Assembly (NCBI GenBank): GCA_013239625.1
Contig: MU053334.1
Location: 507,190-571,189 of the forward strand
DNA from: Lama guanicoe
Lineage: Eukaryota
Length of the DNA: 64,000 bases
Direction: 5' to 3'
The notes below the pieces were generated by a model that ran no database searches, was not told where the DNA came from, and saw only the letters and a list, made by a program, of their open reading frames with translations. Below, one piece after another: positions 47,301 through 59,300 of this stretch (its first letter is position 1; each line of letters starts with the position of its first letter). Position numbers and translations under genes: made by a program.

Positions 47301-50300
47301 CAGAACTATGAGCTGGTCCTCCACGAGGGCACCTACAAGGTGCTGCAGAGGGCGCCAGGTGGGCACCAGCCCTTCAAGATCCGTTACATGGGCCTCTACC
47401 TGGCCATCGAGACCCGCAGCGGCATGATCCTGTCCTGGGACCGGAAGACAAGCGTGTTCATCAGGCTGAACCAGGATTACAAGGTGGGGGGCGGACAGAG
47501 CTCTCACCCCTAGACCTAGGCCTTCGGGGTCCCCCTGGCAGTTGGGTGTCTGCTGAGGGCTGGGGGAGGCCATGCACAGGGCAGGTCCCCAAAGGGGCGT
47601 GTGAAGACCAGACCTACCGGTGGGCGCGAAGCACTCTTGGCTGCCTGGTCTCTGCACTCAGCCGCTCCACGCCAGCTGGGCTGAGGTCTCCAGGGGGGCA
47701 GGTGACTGTGCCTCTGGTGGCCACCCACCTGCCGGCATACCTTCCTGTCCACCTGCCCCCTGCCTGTCCCCCTGCTGACCTGTCTCCCTTCCTGTGCACC
47801 TGCCCACCTCCCTTCCTGCCCATTGCAGGACTGCCTGTGCACCTCATCTTCCTGATAGTTCACTGGGGGAACCAGGTACCCTGCAGTCACCCCTTCTGGG
47901 CCAGGCTCTGTGCTCGGGCCACCTGTATAGCCCCCATGCCCCCATCTCTGCGTCCACAGGGGAGGGTCTGCGGGCTGTGCGGGAACTTTGATGACAACGC
48001 CCTCAACGACCTCACCACGCGGAGCCAGTCCGTGGTGGGCGACGTGCTGGAGTTTGGCAACAGCTGGAAGTTCTCCCCGTCCTGCCCGGACGCCCAGGAC
48101 CCCGAGGACCCCTGCACGGCCAATCCGTACCGCAAGTCCTGGGCCCAGAAGCAGTGCAGCATCATCAGCGGGGACGCCTTCAGCGCCTGCCGTTCTCAGG
48201 TGAAGCAGGAGGGGGAGGGGCCTGGCTGGGGAATGGCGGGGGCTGCCCCCTCCTCTCCTGGCAGGACCTGGGTTTGGCCCTGTTTTTACCCTAACCGTTA
48301 CACATGATCAGCACCTCCCACTAGGCAGGCGCCCATATCCCCAGTCCTGCAGAGAGCCCCCCACTGCTTTCCCTGACCACACTAAGCCATTTCCCCAGAA
48401 ACGGGCTGTGAGCCACACAGTGTCACCAGTGTCACCCCCTCGCCTCCCTTCTTCCCACCTCCCTGATTTACCAGCCCCCAGCACTAATGGAAGCCTCAGG
48501 GGGCCCTCCAGCCCAGCCGGGCCTCATGGGAGCAGAAGACAGTGATGTCCTTGGACACTCTTCCCCAAAGCCCTTCCTGTTACCTAACAAGGACTGCAGT
48601 GCCCACCTGTGAGCAGGGTCTCATGACCTGGGACCCGCATAGGGATGAGGAGGGCGGCTTGGCAGGAAGTCTGCAGCTGACGCTGGTGGTCACGTGAGGC
48701 CCCAGGTGTCCTGCCCTTTGGCTCAGAAAGTCCTTTGTGAACCTGACATAGTGGTCCCTTCCCCAGATGGTGTCATCCATGGTGGCAAACTCAAGACATG
48801 GGTGCCCTGGGCTCTGTCGCCTGGGAGGGACGGGGCGTCCCCTCACCCTGAGGAGACAGCACCTCATTTGTCAGGACAGAGTCACAACAGGGTCACGGGG
48901 AGGGCTGGCTTGCAGTTGCATGAGGCGTCAAACGGGTGAGGGACCAGGGGCAGGTGCCTAGGTGGGCACGTCTCCAGTGGCAGGTGAGGTCGAAGTGCAA
49001 ACAGGGAGCCGGCTGCCCCTGACACGGGGGGTGGCCCTTCTCACCAACCCCCCCCCCACCTGCCACCCCCAGGTCGACTCCACCAGGTACTATGAGGCCT
49101 GTGTGAGCGACGCCTGCGCCTGTGACTCTGGGGGCGACTGTGAGTGCTTCTGCACGGCTGTGGCCGCCTACGCCCGGGCCTGCCACGAAGCGGGCGTGTG
49201 CGTGTCCTGGCGGACCCCGGACATCTGCCGTGAGTCAGGCTCTGTCCGTGGTGGCGGGAGGAGGTGCAGCCACACCTGCTCTGGGGCCTGATGGGCACGT
49301 ATGCACGCACACGGACATCAGACACACATGTGATACACACGTGTGCACGTGTCCCCGTGCGTAGAAATCAGACAGGTCACCCCCAGACGGGATGGCTTAG
49401 TTGGGGACAGTTCTGAGTGCAGAGCTGAGAAATGAAACTGGAATTCGGGGGGTGGGCTCTGGAGCCCACTCGACTCTGGGATGAACCCAGGGATGAGACC
49501 CGGGCAGGCGCCCACGAGCCTCTCCTCCCCACCCAGCCTTGTTCTGTGACTACTACAACCCGCACGGGGAGTGTGAGTGGCACTACGAGCCTTGTGGGGC
49601 CCCCTGCCTGAGGACCTGCCGGAACCCCAGTGGGCAGTGCTCCATGGACCTGCCGGGCCTGGAAGGTGAGGCGCAGGCTGCTCCGGGGAAGCCACACCTT
49701 GCCACCCCAGGACAGAGTACAGGCAAGGGGGAGAGGGGCTCCTGCCTCCCGCATACCCACCTGGAGACCCGCAGGCAGAGGCGGGCTGCCGGCGGGGCAG
49801 CACTGGACACCTGGCCTGAGAAGGCGTCTTCTCCTCGCCCTGTGCCCGCACCAGGCTGCTACCCGAAGTGCCCGCCCAGCAAGCCATTCTTCAACGAGGA
49901 CGAGATGAAGTGCGTGGCCCAGTGCGCCTGCTACGACGAGCATGGAAACCACTACGATGTGGGCATGAGGGTCCCCACTGCGGAGAACTACCAGAGCTGG
50001 TGAGGAAGCTGGGGTGGGGGCGTGGTCTGGGTGGTGTGGGGTCTGGGTGGTGGTGGGGTCTGGGNNNNNNNNNNNNNNNNNNNNNNNNNNNNNNNNNNNN
50101 NNNNNNNNNNNNNNNNNNNNNNNNNNNNNNNNNNNNNNNTCTGGGCGGGGTGGGGCGGGGCCGGGAAGGCAGGGCTACTGGCCTGGTCCCCAATGGCCTT
50201 TTCTTCTCCCAGTGTCTGCACCTTCCGAGGCCTCCAGTGCACACACAGCCTGGCGGGTAAGGAGGGCCCTGTTTGTTTGGGGGCTGGGAGCTGGGGGCTC

Positions 50301-53300
50301 CGAGTGAACCCTGAACCTGTCCATCTCCAGACTGCAAGTGCACCTACCAGAACACGACCTACAACTACGGGGACGTCATCTACAACACGACTGACGGGCT
50401 GGGCGCCTGCTTGATTGCTGTCTGTGGAGACAATGGGACGATCACCCGGGAAGCCGTGAGGTGTCCTGGAACCCCGTCCACGACACCCTTCACCTAGACC
50501 AGCATCACCTCCACCCCCACCCCCATCACNNNNNNNNNNNNNNNNNNNNNNNNNNNNNNNNNNNNNNNNNNNNNNNNNNNNNNNNNNNNNNNNNNNNNNN
50601 NNNNNNNNNNNNNNNNNNNNNNNNNNNNNNNNNNNNNNNNNNNNNNNNNNNNNNNNNNNNNNNNNNNNNNNNNNNNNNNNNNNNNNNNNNNNNNNNNNNN
50701 NNNNNNNNNNNNNNNNNNNNNNNNNNNNNNNNNNNNNNNNNNNNNNNNNNNNNNNNNNNNNNNNNNNNNNNNNNNNNNNNNNNNNNNNNNNNNNNNNNNN
50801 NNNNNNNNNNNNNNNNNNNNNNNNNNNNNNNNNNNNNNNNNNNNNNNNNNNNNNNNNNNNNNNNNNNNNNNNNNNNNNNNNNNNNNNNNNNNNNNNNNNN
50901 NNNNNNNNNNNNNNNNNNNNNNNNNNNNNNNNNNNNNNNNNNNNNNNNNNNNNNNNNNNNNNNNNNNNNNNNNNNNNNNNNNNNNNNNNNNNNNNNNNNN
51001 NNNNNNNNNNNNNNNNNNNNNNNNNNNNNNNNNNNNNNNNNNNNNNNNNNNNNNNNNNNNNNNNNNNNNNNNNNNNNNNNNNNNNNNNNNNNNNNNNNNN
51101 NNNNNNNNNNNNNNNNNNNNNNNNNNNNNNNNNNNNNNNNNNNNNNNNNNNNNNNNNNNNNNNNNNNNNNNNNNNNNNNNNNNNNNNNNNNNNNNNNNNN
51201 NNNNNNNNNNNNNNNNNNNNNNNNNNNNNNNNNNNNNNNNNNNNNNNNNNNNNNNNNNNNNNNNNNNCTCCACCCCCATCAGCTTCACCTCCACACACCC
51301 CCCCACCTCTACCACCACCACCACCATCACTGCCACCCCTACCCCTAGCCACAGTCAGGGCACAACCAGCTGTCAACCCAAGTGTCAGTGGACAGAATGG
51401 TTCGATGTGGACTTCCCAACCTCGGGGATCCCAGGTGGAGACATGGAGACCTATGAAAATATTAGGGCTGCGGGCGGCAAGATGTGCAGGGAGCCAAAGA
51501 AGATCGAGTGCCGGGCGGAGAGATTCCCCGAGGTGAGCCTGGACCAGCTCGGGCAGGTGGTAACCTGCAGCCTGCAGGCCGGGCTAGTCTGCTGGAATGA
51601 CGACCAGACGGCACCGTTCAACACTTGCTTCAACTACAACATCCGCCTGCTCTGCTGTGACGACATCCGGCACTGCCCCAGCACGGCCACCCCTGGCCTC
51701 AGCTCAGCTCCCAGCCCCACCCACAGCAGCACTGCCACCTGGGGCTCCAGACTGACACTGTCACCACCATCAACCTCAGCCACCACCGAGACCCAGACCA
51801 CCTCCCTCAGGACCTCACTCACGACCACCTGGCTGGCTTCAACCCATGCACCCTCCACAGCCCAAAGTCACACCAGCTCGGGCTCCTCCATGGCCACTTC
51901 CACGGCCACAGTGACCGAGACCTCCTCCCTCCTGACCCCCAGCCCCACGCCGACCCCCGGGTCCACAGCCTGTCAGACGGACTGCACCTGGACGGAGTGG
52001 CTGGACCACAGCTACCCGATGCCAGGAGCCTCCGGCGGGGACTTCGAGACCTATGCTAACATCCGGGCGGCCGGTGGGGCCGTCTGCGAGCAGCCTGTGG
52101 CCATCGAGTGTCGGGCCGAGATGCAGCCGGACGTCAGCGTGGAGCAGCTGGGCCAGGTGGTGCAGTGCACACTGCAAGAGGGCCTGGTGTGCCGGAACCA
52201 GGACCAGAGCGGCCAGTTCAAGATGTGCTTCAACTACCAGATCCGTGTGCGCTGTTGTGACTACAGCCATTGTACCGGCCCTACTGTCACCAAGGCCACC
52301 ACGCTGGCCTCCACAGCCTCCACCCCCAGCAGCAGCATAAGCAAGGGGTCATCGACGGCGACTCCACCCTGGACCACGGCCACCTCCCAGACGCACGTCT
52401 CCTCTCCTGCGACCACCGAGAGGGTCTCTACCACCACCACTGAGTCAAGACCTTCCTCCACGGGCACCACCACCACAGTGACCGAGACCTCCTCCCTCCT
52501 GACCCCCAGCCCCACGCCGACCCCCGGGTCCACAGCCTGTCAGACGGACTGCACCTGGACGGAGTGGCTGGACCACAGCTACCCGATGCCAGGAGCCTCC
52601 GGCGGGGACTTCGAGACCTATGCTAACATCCGGGCGGCCGGTGGGGCCGTCTGCGAGCAGCCTGTGGCCATCGAGTGTCGGGCCGAGATGCAGCCGGACG
52701 TCAGCGTGGAGCAGCTGGGCCAGGTGGTGCAGTGCACACTGCAAGAGGGCCTGGTGTGCCGGAACCAGGACCAGAGCGGCCAGTTCAAGATGTGCTTCAA
52801 CTACCAGATCCGTGTGCGCTGTTGTGACTACAGCCATTGTACCGGCCCTACTGTCACCAAGGCCACCACGCTGGCCTCCACAGCCTCCGCCCCCAGCAGC
52901 AGCATAAGCAAGGGGTCATCGACGGCGACTCCACCCTGGACCACGGCCACCTCCCAGACGCACGTCTCCTCTCCTGCGACCACCGAGAGGGTCTCTACCA
53001 CCACCACTGAGTCAAGACCTTCCTCCACGGGGACCACCGAGGGGGTCTTCACCCCCACCACTGAGACCCATCCCTCTTCCACGGGGACCACCCAGAGGGT
53101 CTCCACTCCCACCACTGAGTCCCGTCTCTCCTCCACGGGGACCACTCAGAGGGTCTCCACCCCCACCACTGAGTCCCGTCTCTCCTCCACGGGGACTACC
53201 GAGGGGGTCTCCACCCCCACCACTGAGACCCATCCCTCCTCCACGGTGACCACCGAGAGGGTCTCCACCCCTACCACTGAGTCAAGTCTCTCCTCCACGG

Positions 53301-56300
53301 GGACCACCGAGAGGGTCTCCACACCCACCACTGAGACCCATCCCTCCTCCACGGTGACCACCGAGAGGGTCTCCACCCCCACCACTGAGTCAAGTCTCTC
53401 CTCCACGGGGACCACTGAGAGAATCTCTGCCCCTAGTCCCTCTACCTCTCTGGGGTCCTCCCCCATGACTACCAGGCTAGTCTTGCCCATCATCTCTTCC
53501 ACAGGCCCCTTACTGACCACCCCCCAGTCCCCACGTAGTGCACCCTCCTCGGCCCCATGGACCCCTGGCAGCCTGCCGTCCTCCACAGCGCCCTCTGCCC
53601 ATCCCAGCCCCACCACGTCCTGCCGCTGCAGCGCCTTTGGACAGCTTTTTCTACCAGGTGAGGGGGAAGCCTGCTCCGTCTCGGCCGACCTCCAGCCTGA
53701 ATGCTGGACTCCCAAAGGCGGGTGGTGCTGGCGTGTCCGGGCCCTGGGCCCGTGCCGGGCGTCCTCCTGCCCCTCCCCCCTGCTGACTGGAGCGTCTGCA
53801 TCTTCACAGGGGATGTCATGTACAACAAGACGGACGCAGCGGGTTGCCACTTCTTAGCCATTTGCAACCAGCGCTGTGACATCGACCGCATCCCAGGCAC
53901 TTGCCCCACCTCCTCACTCCCAGAGACCTCAGCCTCTGCTCTCCCATCCTCCTCGCCTCCCGGCTGCGATCTGGCTGTCCCTCCCCGACAGGTGTTGCCT
54001 CTCACCTCCTCCCTGGGCTGCCTGGACCTTTTGTGTGCACGGTGCTGGGGTGCGCATCGGAGGCACAGCCCTGCCCGGGGCTGCTGGTGGCTCCATCAGG
54101 GCGCAGCCCCAGCCCCTCAGTAACCACTCCACGGGTAGCTCTGGCTGGAGCAAGTCACACAGGGCCTGGGCCGGGTCAGCACCGGGGCGGCCAGGATGCT
54201 GTGGGGGACCTGAGGCTGGGGCAGGGGCAGCGAGGGACAGTCCCGCCAGCCCACCGGTGAGCGCTGTACCGTTTTCCCCCCAGGCGAACGAGTCCTGGAT
54301 CCTCGAGAACTGCACGGTGGCCTGGTGCCTGGGCAACAACCGCATCGTTCTGCTGGGGCCAAAGCCCGTGGCCCCCATCACCTGCGTGAATGGGCACCTG
54401 CCGGTGGAAGTGCAGAGCCCGGAGGAGCCCTGTGACTACCACCACGAGTGCGAGTGTGAGAGCCACGTGCTGTTGGGGGGAGGGCCCCGATTTCCAGATG
54501 CGTGCCCCCCCCTCCCCCATCAGGCTTTCCTGTTTGAAGAGGACCTGGGGAGAGTGAGGAGTGGAGACAGGGAGCTCGGAGGCGACCCTATAGTGAGAGG
54601 TCCTCAGCAACCTCCACTGCAGAGTTGCAATCAGGACTCTGGGCGGGGCAGTGCTGCAGGGGCCCCTGGGTGTCAGTGTCCTGGGGTGGCTCAAGCCAAG
54701 GGCCACACACTTCGTGGTTCAAGGCAGCAGAAGGCGATTGTCCCCAGTGCCAGAGCCCAGAAGTCTGAGCTCAAGGTGTCAGCAGGGCCAAGCTCCCTCC
54801 GAGGCTCTAAAGGAGGGTCCTGCCTGCCCTTCCGGCTTCCAGGGCCCCCGGAGGCTCTGGCTTGTGGCCACGTCCCTCGGGTCTCCGTCCCCTTCTTCTC
54901 TCTGTCTCTCTGTCTCTCTGTCTCTCATCAGGATCCCTGTCGTTGGATTTAGGGCCCCCCTCGTAATCCAGACTGACCTCATCTTGAGATCCTTAACTTA
55001 GTTACAGCCGCAAAGAGCTTTTTCCCCAAAAAGGTCATGTTCGCAGGCTCCGGGTGGAGCCGTCTTCGGGGCCCCCATCCAACCTGCTGCCCCTGTTTCA
55101 TAGAGGACGTGACTGAAGCCCAGAGGCTCGAGGGACTCCCCCGTGTCACAGCTGTGGGTGGCACTGGCTGAAGGCCCTTCCGTGCCCCGCAGGCTCCTGC
55201 AGCGGCTGGGGGAACACCCACTATGAGACCTTCGACGGCACCTCCTACTCTTTCCGGGACAAGTGCACCTACGTCCTGGTGCGGGAGATCAGCCCACGCC
55301 ACGGGAACCTCAGCATCCATCTGCACAACCGCTACTGCGGGGTTGCCGCCAGCTGCCCCCGCGCCCTCAGCGTCCACTACGCGTCCATGGAGGTCATCCT
55401 CAGCACCGCCACAGGCGCCGACGGGCAGCAGGAAAGCCTGGTGGGTGCTGGCAGCTGAGCGGGCGCCGCCGGTCCTGACGGGGTTAGGGAAGGCGGGCGG
55501 CAGGCAGAGGCCCGGGGGCCCTGGTGTGTGCAGCACCTTCCCCCGCCCAGAGGGCAGCTCCGAGGGGCCACGGGGGGGGCAAAGGGCACCCTGAGACCTG
55601 GGGCCTGAGCTCAGTGACTCTGGGGCAGGGAAGGCCCCGGGGGTGCTGTGGCCAAGAGCACCCAGGACCCAAACACACCAACTAGGACCCCAGGCCCCAA
55701 GGGGGACATCTGTGATTTGGGGCCTGGATGCCAAGGAGGGAGCCCCAGTGCCCTAGAGGCAAAGCCCCAAAGGCAGGCCTGCTGCCCTTCAGCCCCAGTT
55801 ACGGGTCCCCGGTTATGTCCCTAGATCCTGTTCGACCACACACGGGTGAGCCAGGGCTTCAGCAAGAACGGCGTGGCCGTGACCCAGTCGGGGGCCACCG
55901 AGATGGGCGTCGCCATTCCCACCATTGGAGTGAGCGTCACCTTCAATGGGCGGGTCTTCCAGGTCCGGCTGTCCTACAGCCGCTTCAGCCACAACACTGA
56001 GGGCCAGTGCGGTGAGCAGGGGCACACTGGACACCTGCTGGGCGAGCGAGGGGTGGGCACCACTGCTGCGGGGCACACGCCCACTCCTCCCCGGGCGTCC
56101 TGGCCACCCCTGGCCTTCCCGCCCCCAGGAGCCCCTCCCGCCCCCCGCCGCCTGCCCCAGGCCACAGCTGCCACAGGAAACTTCCATAACGGAGTGGCCG
56201 CCAGGGAGGGTGGGGGGACAAGGAGGGGAAAGCGGGCTCGTCTGCGCCCCGCCCTCCTGCGCCCTGGCAGTGAGCCCCCTGCCCCGCACCCCCAGGCACC

Positions 56301-59300
56301 TGCACCAACAGCCGCGAGGATGACTGCCGCCGGCCGGACGGCACCACGGCCCCCAGCTGCCAGGACATGGCCTGGACCTGGCTGGTCCCCGAGAGCGGAG
56401 AGGAGGGCTGCCTGGCGCCCACTGGCCAGCCCCTGCCCACCACTCCCACCTCCATCCCGTGCCCCGAGGCCCCCACCTGCGAGCTGATTCTTGGCCAGTG
56501 AGTCCTCTGCACGGGCTTGGTGGTCCTGGGGCAGCCCCCTCGCTGAGGCCTCTGCTCCGGCCCCTGACCAGCCCCGCCCGCAGGATCTTCGCCGAGTGCC
56601 ACCGCCTCATCCCACCTGGCCTGTTCTTCAGCACCTGCATCAGCGACAGCTGCGGTGGGGACACCTGCCAGAGCCTGGAGGCCTACGCAGCGCTCTGCCG
56701 CGCCCGGGGCGTGTGTCCCGACTGGCGCAATGCCACCCGCGGGCTGTGCGGTGAGTGGAGCGCTGCTTGCAGCGGGGGCTCTGGCCTCCTCGGCCCACCT
56801 GACATCCATCTGTGTGCCCCCAGACCTCGCCTGCCCGCCCACCAAGGTGTATAAACCGTGTGGCCCAGTGTACCCCCAGTCCTGCGACTTCAGGTGAGCG
56901 TGGCAGAAGGCGGGGATGGTGGGGACAGCGGGCCTCCCAGGCCTGCCTGGAGGGTCTCAGGGAGCCAGGAGAGGACCCACAACAGATCTGGGACCCCCAG
57001 CCTGAATCTCGAGGCACCATTCCCCAACGCTGACCTCCGGCCCCTAACCCCAGGGGCGACCCAGCACTCCACCATGCTCACTGCCCTCCTCCTCAGACTG
57101 CCCTCCTGACCTTGTAGGAGCCAGGGCCCAGCCAGCAGAGGGCTGGTGGAGGGCTGCTTCTGTCCTGACGGCCAGATCCTGTTCAGCCCACACAAGGACA
57201 TCTGTGTGCCCGAGTGCCGTAAGCACCGCCCTGCAGAGGGATAGCGGGGGGACCCCAGGGCGGGCAGATCCTGGCCTGGGTGCTGGGACATCCTGGCCGT
57301 GCTCCCACCCAGTCCAACTTGTGGCACCATGATGTGGCCGTGAGTCCTGCTGAGTCGCCTTGTCCGTGACACCCCTCAAGGTCTCTGGGGGGGTTCTGTC
57401 CCCAGCAGCAAGAAGAGGCCTCGGTTAAGGCCAGGTCTGTGAGGACATGTCCTTGTGGCCTGTGACCTCTGCCAGCTGGGCCCCAACCCCAGCACTCCCA
57501 GTGACCCCCCTTTCTCTCATTCTCTCCCAGCCTGCGTGGGACCAGACAGGTCTCCCAAATTCGTGAGTGTTCTGCCCCCAGCTGCCTGACTCCTGGCTTG
57601 AGCAGAAGGAGGGAGGGAGGGAGGGAGGGAGGGTCCCATCTCAGAGAGGCCAGCTCTGCCCAGGGTGGGGGGCATCCCAGTGTGAGCCGCTTCCCTGTCA
57701 CACGGCCACTCCAGAGGTGGGGAGGCCGAGAGGTGACCCAACGTACTGAGCGCTGGGGCCTGGCCTGCTGCTGGATGCGGCCCAAGAGGCCGGGGCTGCA
57801 GCCGGGAGCCCCAGGGGACCTGACTGATCTGTTCCAGCCTGGAGAGCGATGGGTCAGCAACTGCCAGGACTGCGTGTGTGACGAGGGCTCCGTGTCAGTG
57901 CAGTGTGTCCCGGTGCAGTGCAAGACCTGGGGCCAGGCCGTGGAATGCGGCCGGGCCGGCTTCGTGGCCATCACCAGGCCCCAGGCTGACAACCCGTGCT
58001 GCCCAGAGACTCTCTGCGGTGAGCCCTGCACCTCAGGGGCCAGGGAGACAGCAGAGGAGGGTCTGCAGGGCAGAGGAGGGGCACGGGTCCGAGCCAGACC
58101 GCAGCTGGACTGCTAGGTATAGAGGCCTCTGGGTCCTTCATTTTTCCACCTAAAAATGAGGCTGGCAACTTCTGGTCTGCTCCAGTACCACCCAGGGACT
58201 TGGGGAGGACCAGCGAGGTGACAAAGTGTGGGGGCCCAGAAGGGCCACAGAGAGCTGTCAGCTCCTGCGGGGACTGCCTCTGTCCTTCAACTTGGGAACC
58301 AGGACAGCCAGAGGAGGGCGGGCAGGGGCACCCAGGCAGCCCTGCAACTCTCCCGCAGTCTGCAACGCGAGCAGGTGCCCCCAGAGCCCGCCCCACTGCG
58401 GGCCGGGAGAGGAGCTGGTCCGCACACAGGAGAAGGACGACTGCTGCCCCACGTTCATCTGCCGTGAGTCTCTGGGGCGGGGCTGGGGGGTCGGAGCACT
58501 TCTTCCCTCTGCCCGGGCAGGACCTCAGCCCTCCCTTCCCTTCCAGGGCCTCAGCTGTGTGACTACAACGGCACCGTCTACGGGGTGAGGCTCAGAGGCC
58601 AGGCGGCCACGCCCTCCCACCGCCCGCTGCCGGCCCAGGCCTGTGCTCCGCCAGGGGGCACGTCCCTAAGTCCACGTGAAGAAGAAAGGAACGGCTCTGC
58701 AGGCCTCACCAGACACGGGGACGGGTCCCGGTTCTGGTGCCCCGCCAGTGCCCTCAGTGCCCCCTAACCCTGTCCACTGTAGGTCGGAGCAGCCGTCCCA
58801 TCGCCCACTTCCTGCCAGAAATGCACCTGCCTGCTCAGGGACACCCAGGGTCCGACTGTGCAGTGTGAAGATGTCACCTGCAACAGCACCTGCCCGCAGG
58901 TGAGGCCGCCCCCCTGGGCAGACCCAGGGTCCCCGGGCAGCCCCCAGTCACCAGCACCTGGGCTCCAGGAGAGCTCTCCAGCTCAGCCTTCACCGGGGTC
59001 TGGTTTTTTCCCAAAGGGAGAGAGTGAAGCAGGAGGATGGTGGAGGGGTCCCAGGTGCCGGGCAGCACCTGTAGGCTGCTGCAGGCAGGCTCCAGGAGGG
59101 CAGGGACAGAGGTGCTCGAGGCAGGGGTGAGGCTGGGCAGGGACAGTAGGCGGGCAGCTTCTGCTCCTGTAGCATTTGGCAAGGACACGGCCTCACCGAG
59201 GAAAGGGGCTTTGAGGGAGGCTCAGGGCCCCTGGGGTGTAGGCGGGAGCAGGAGGGCGGAGGAGCTAGGCTGGGGGTGTGGGATGTGACCACCCCTCTGT

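Noticed and set aside
49988..51376. ORFs spanning the N-runs
   Set aside because: Artefacts of translating N as X.
43310..55085. Intronic MLT1 remnants as a local duplication or special system
   Set aside because: Copies are mutually diverged, and antisense orientation of intronic LTRs is a well-known general bias.
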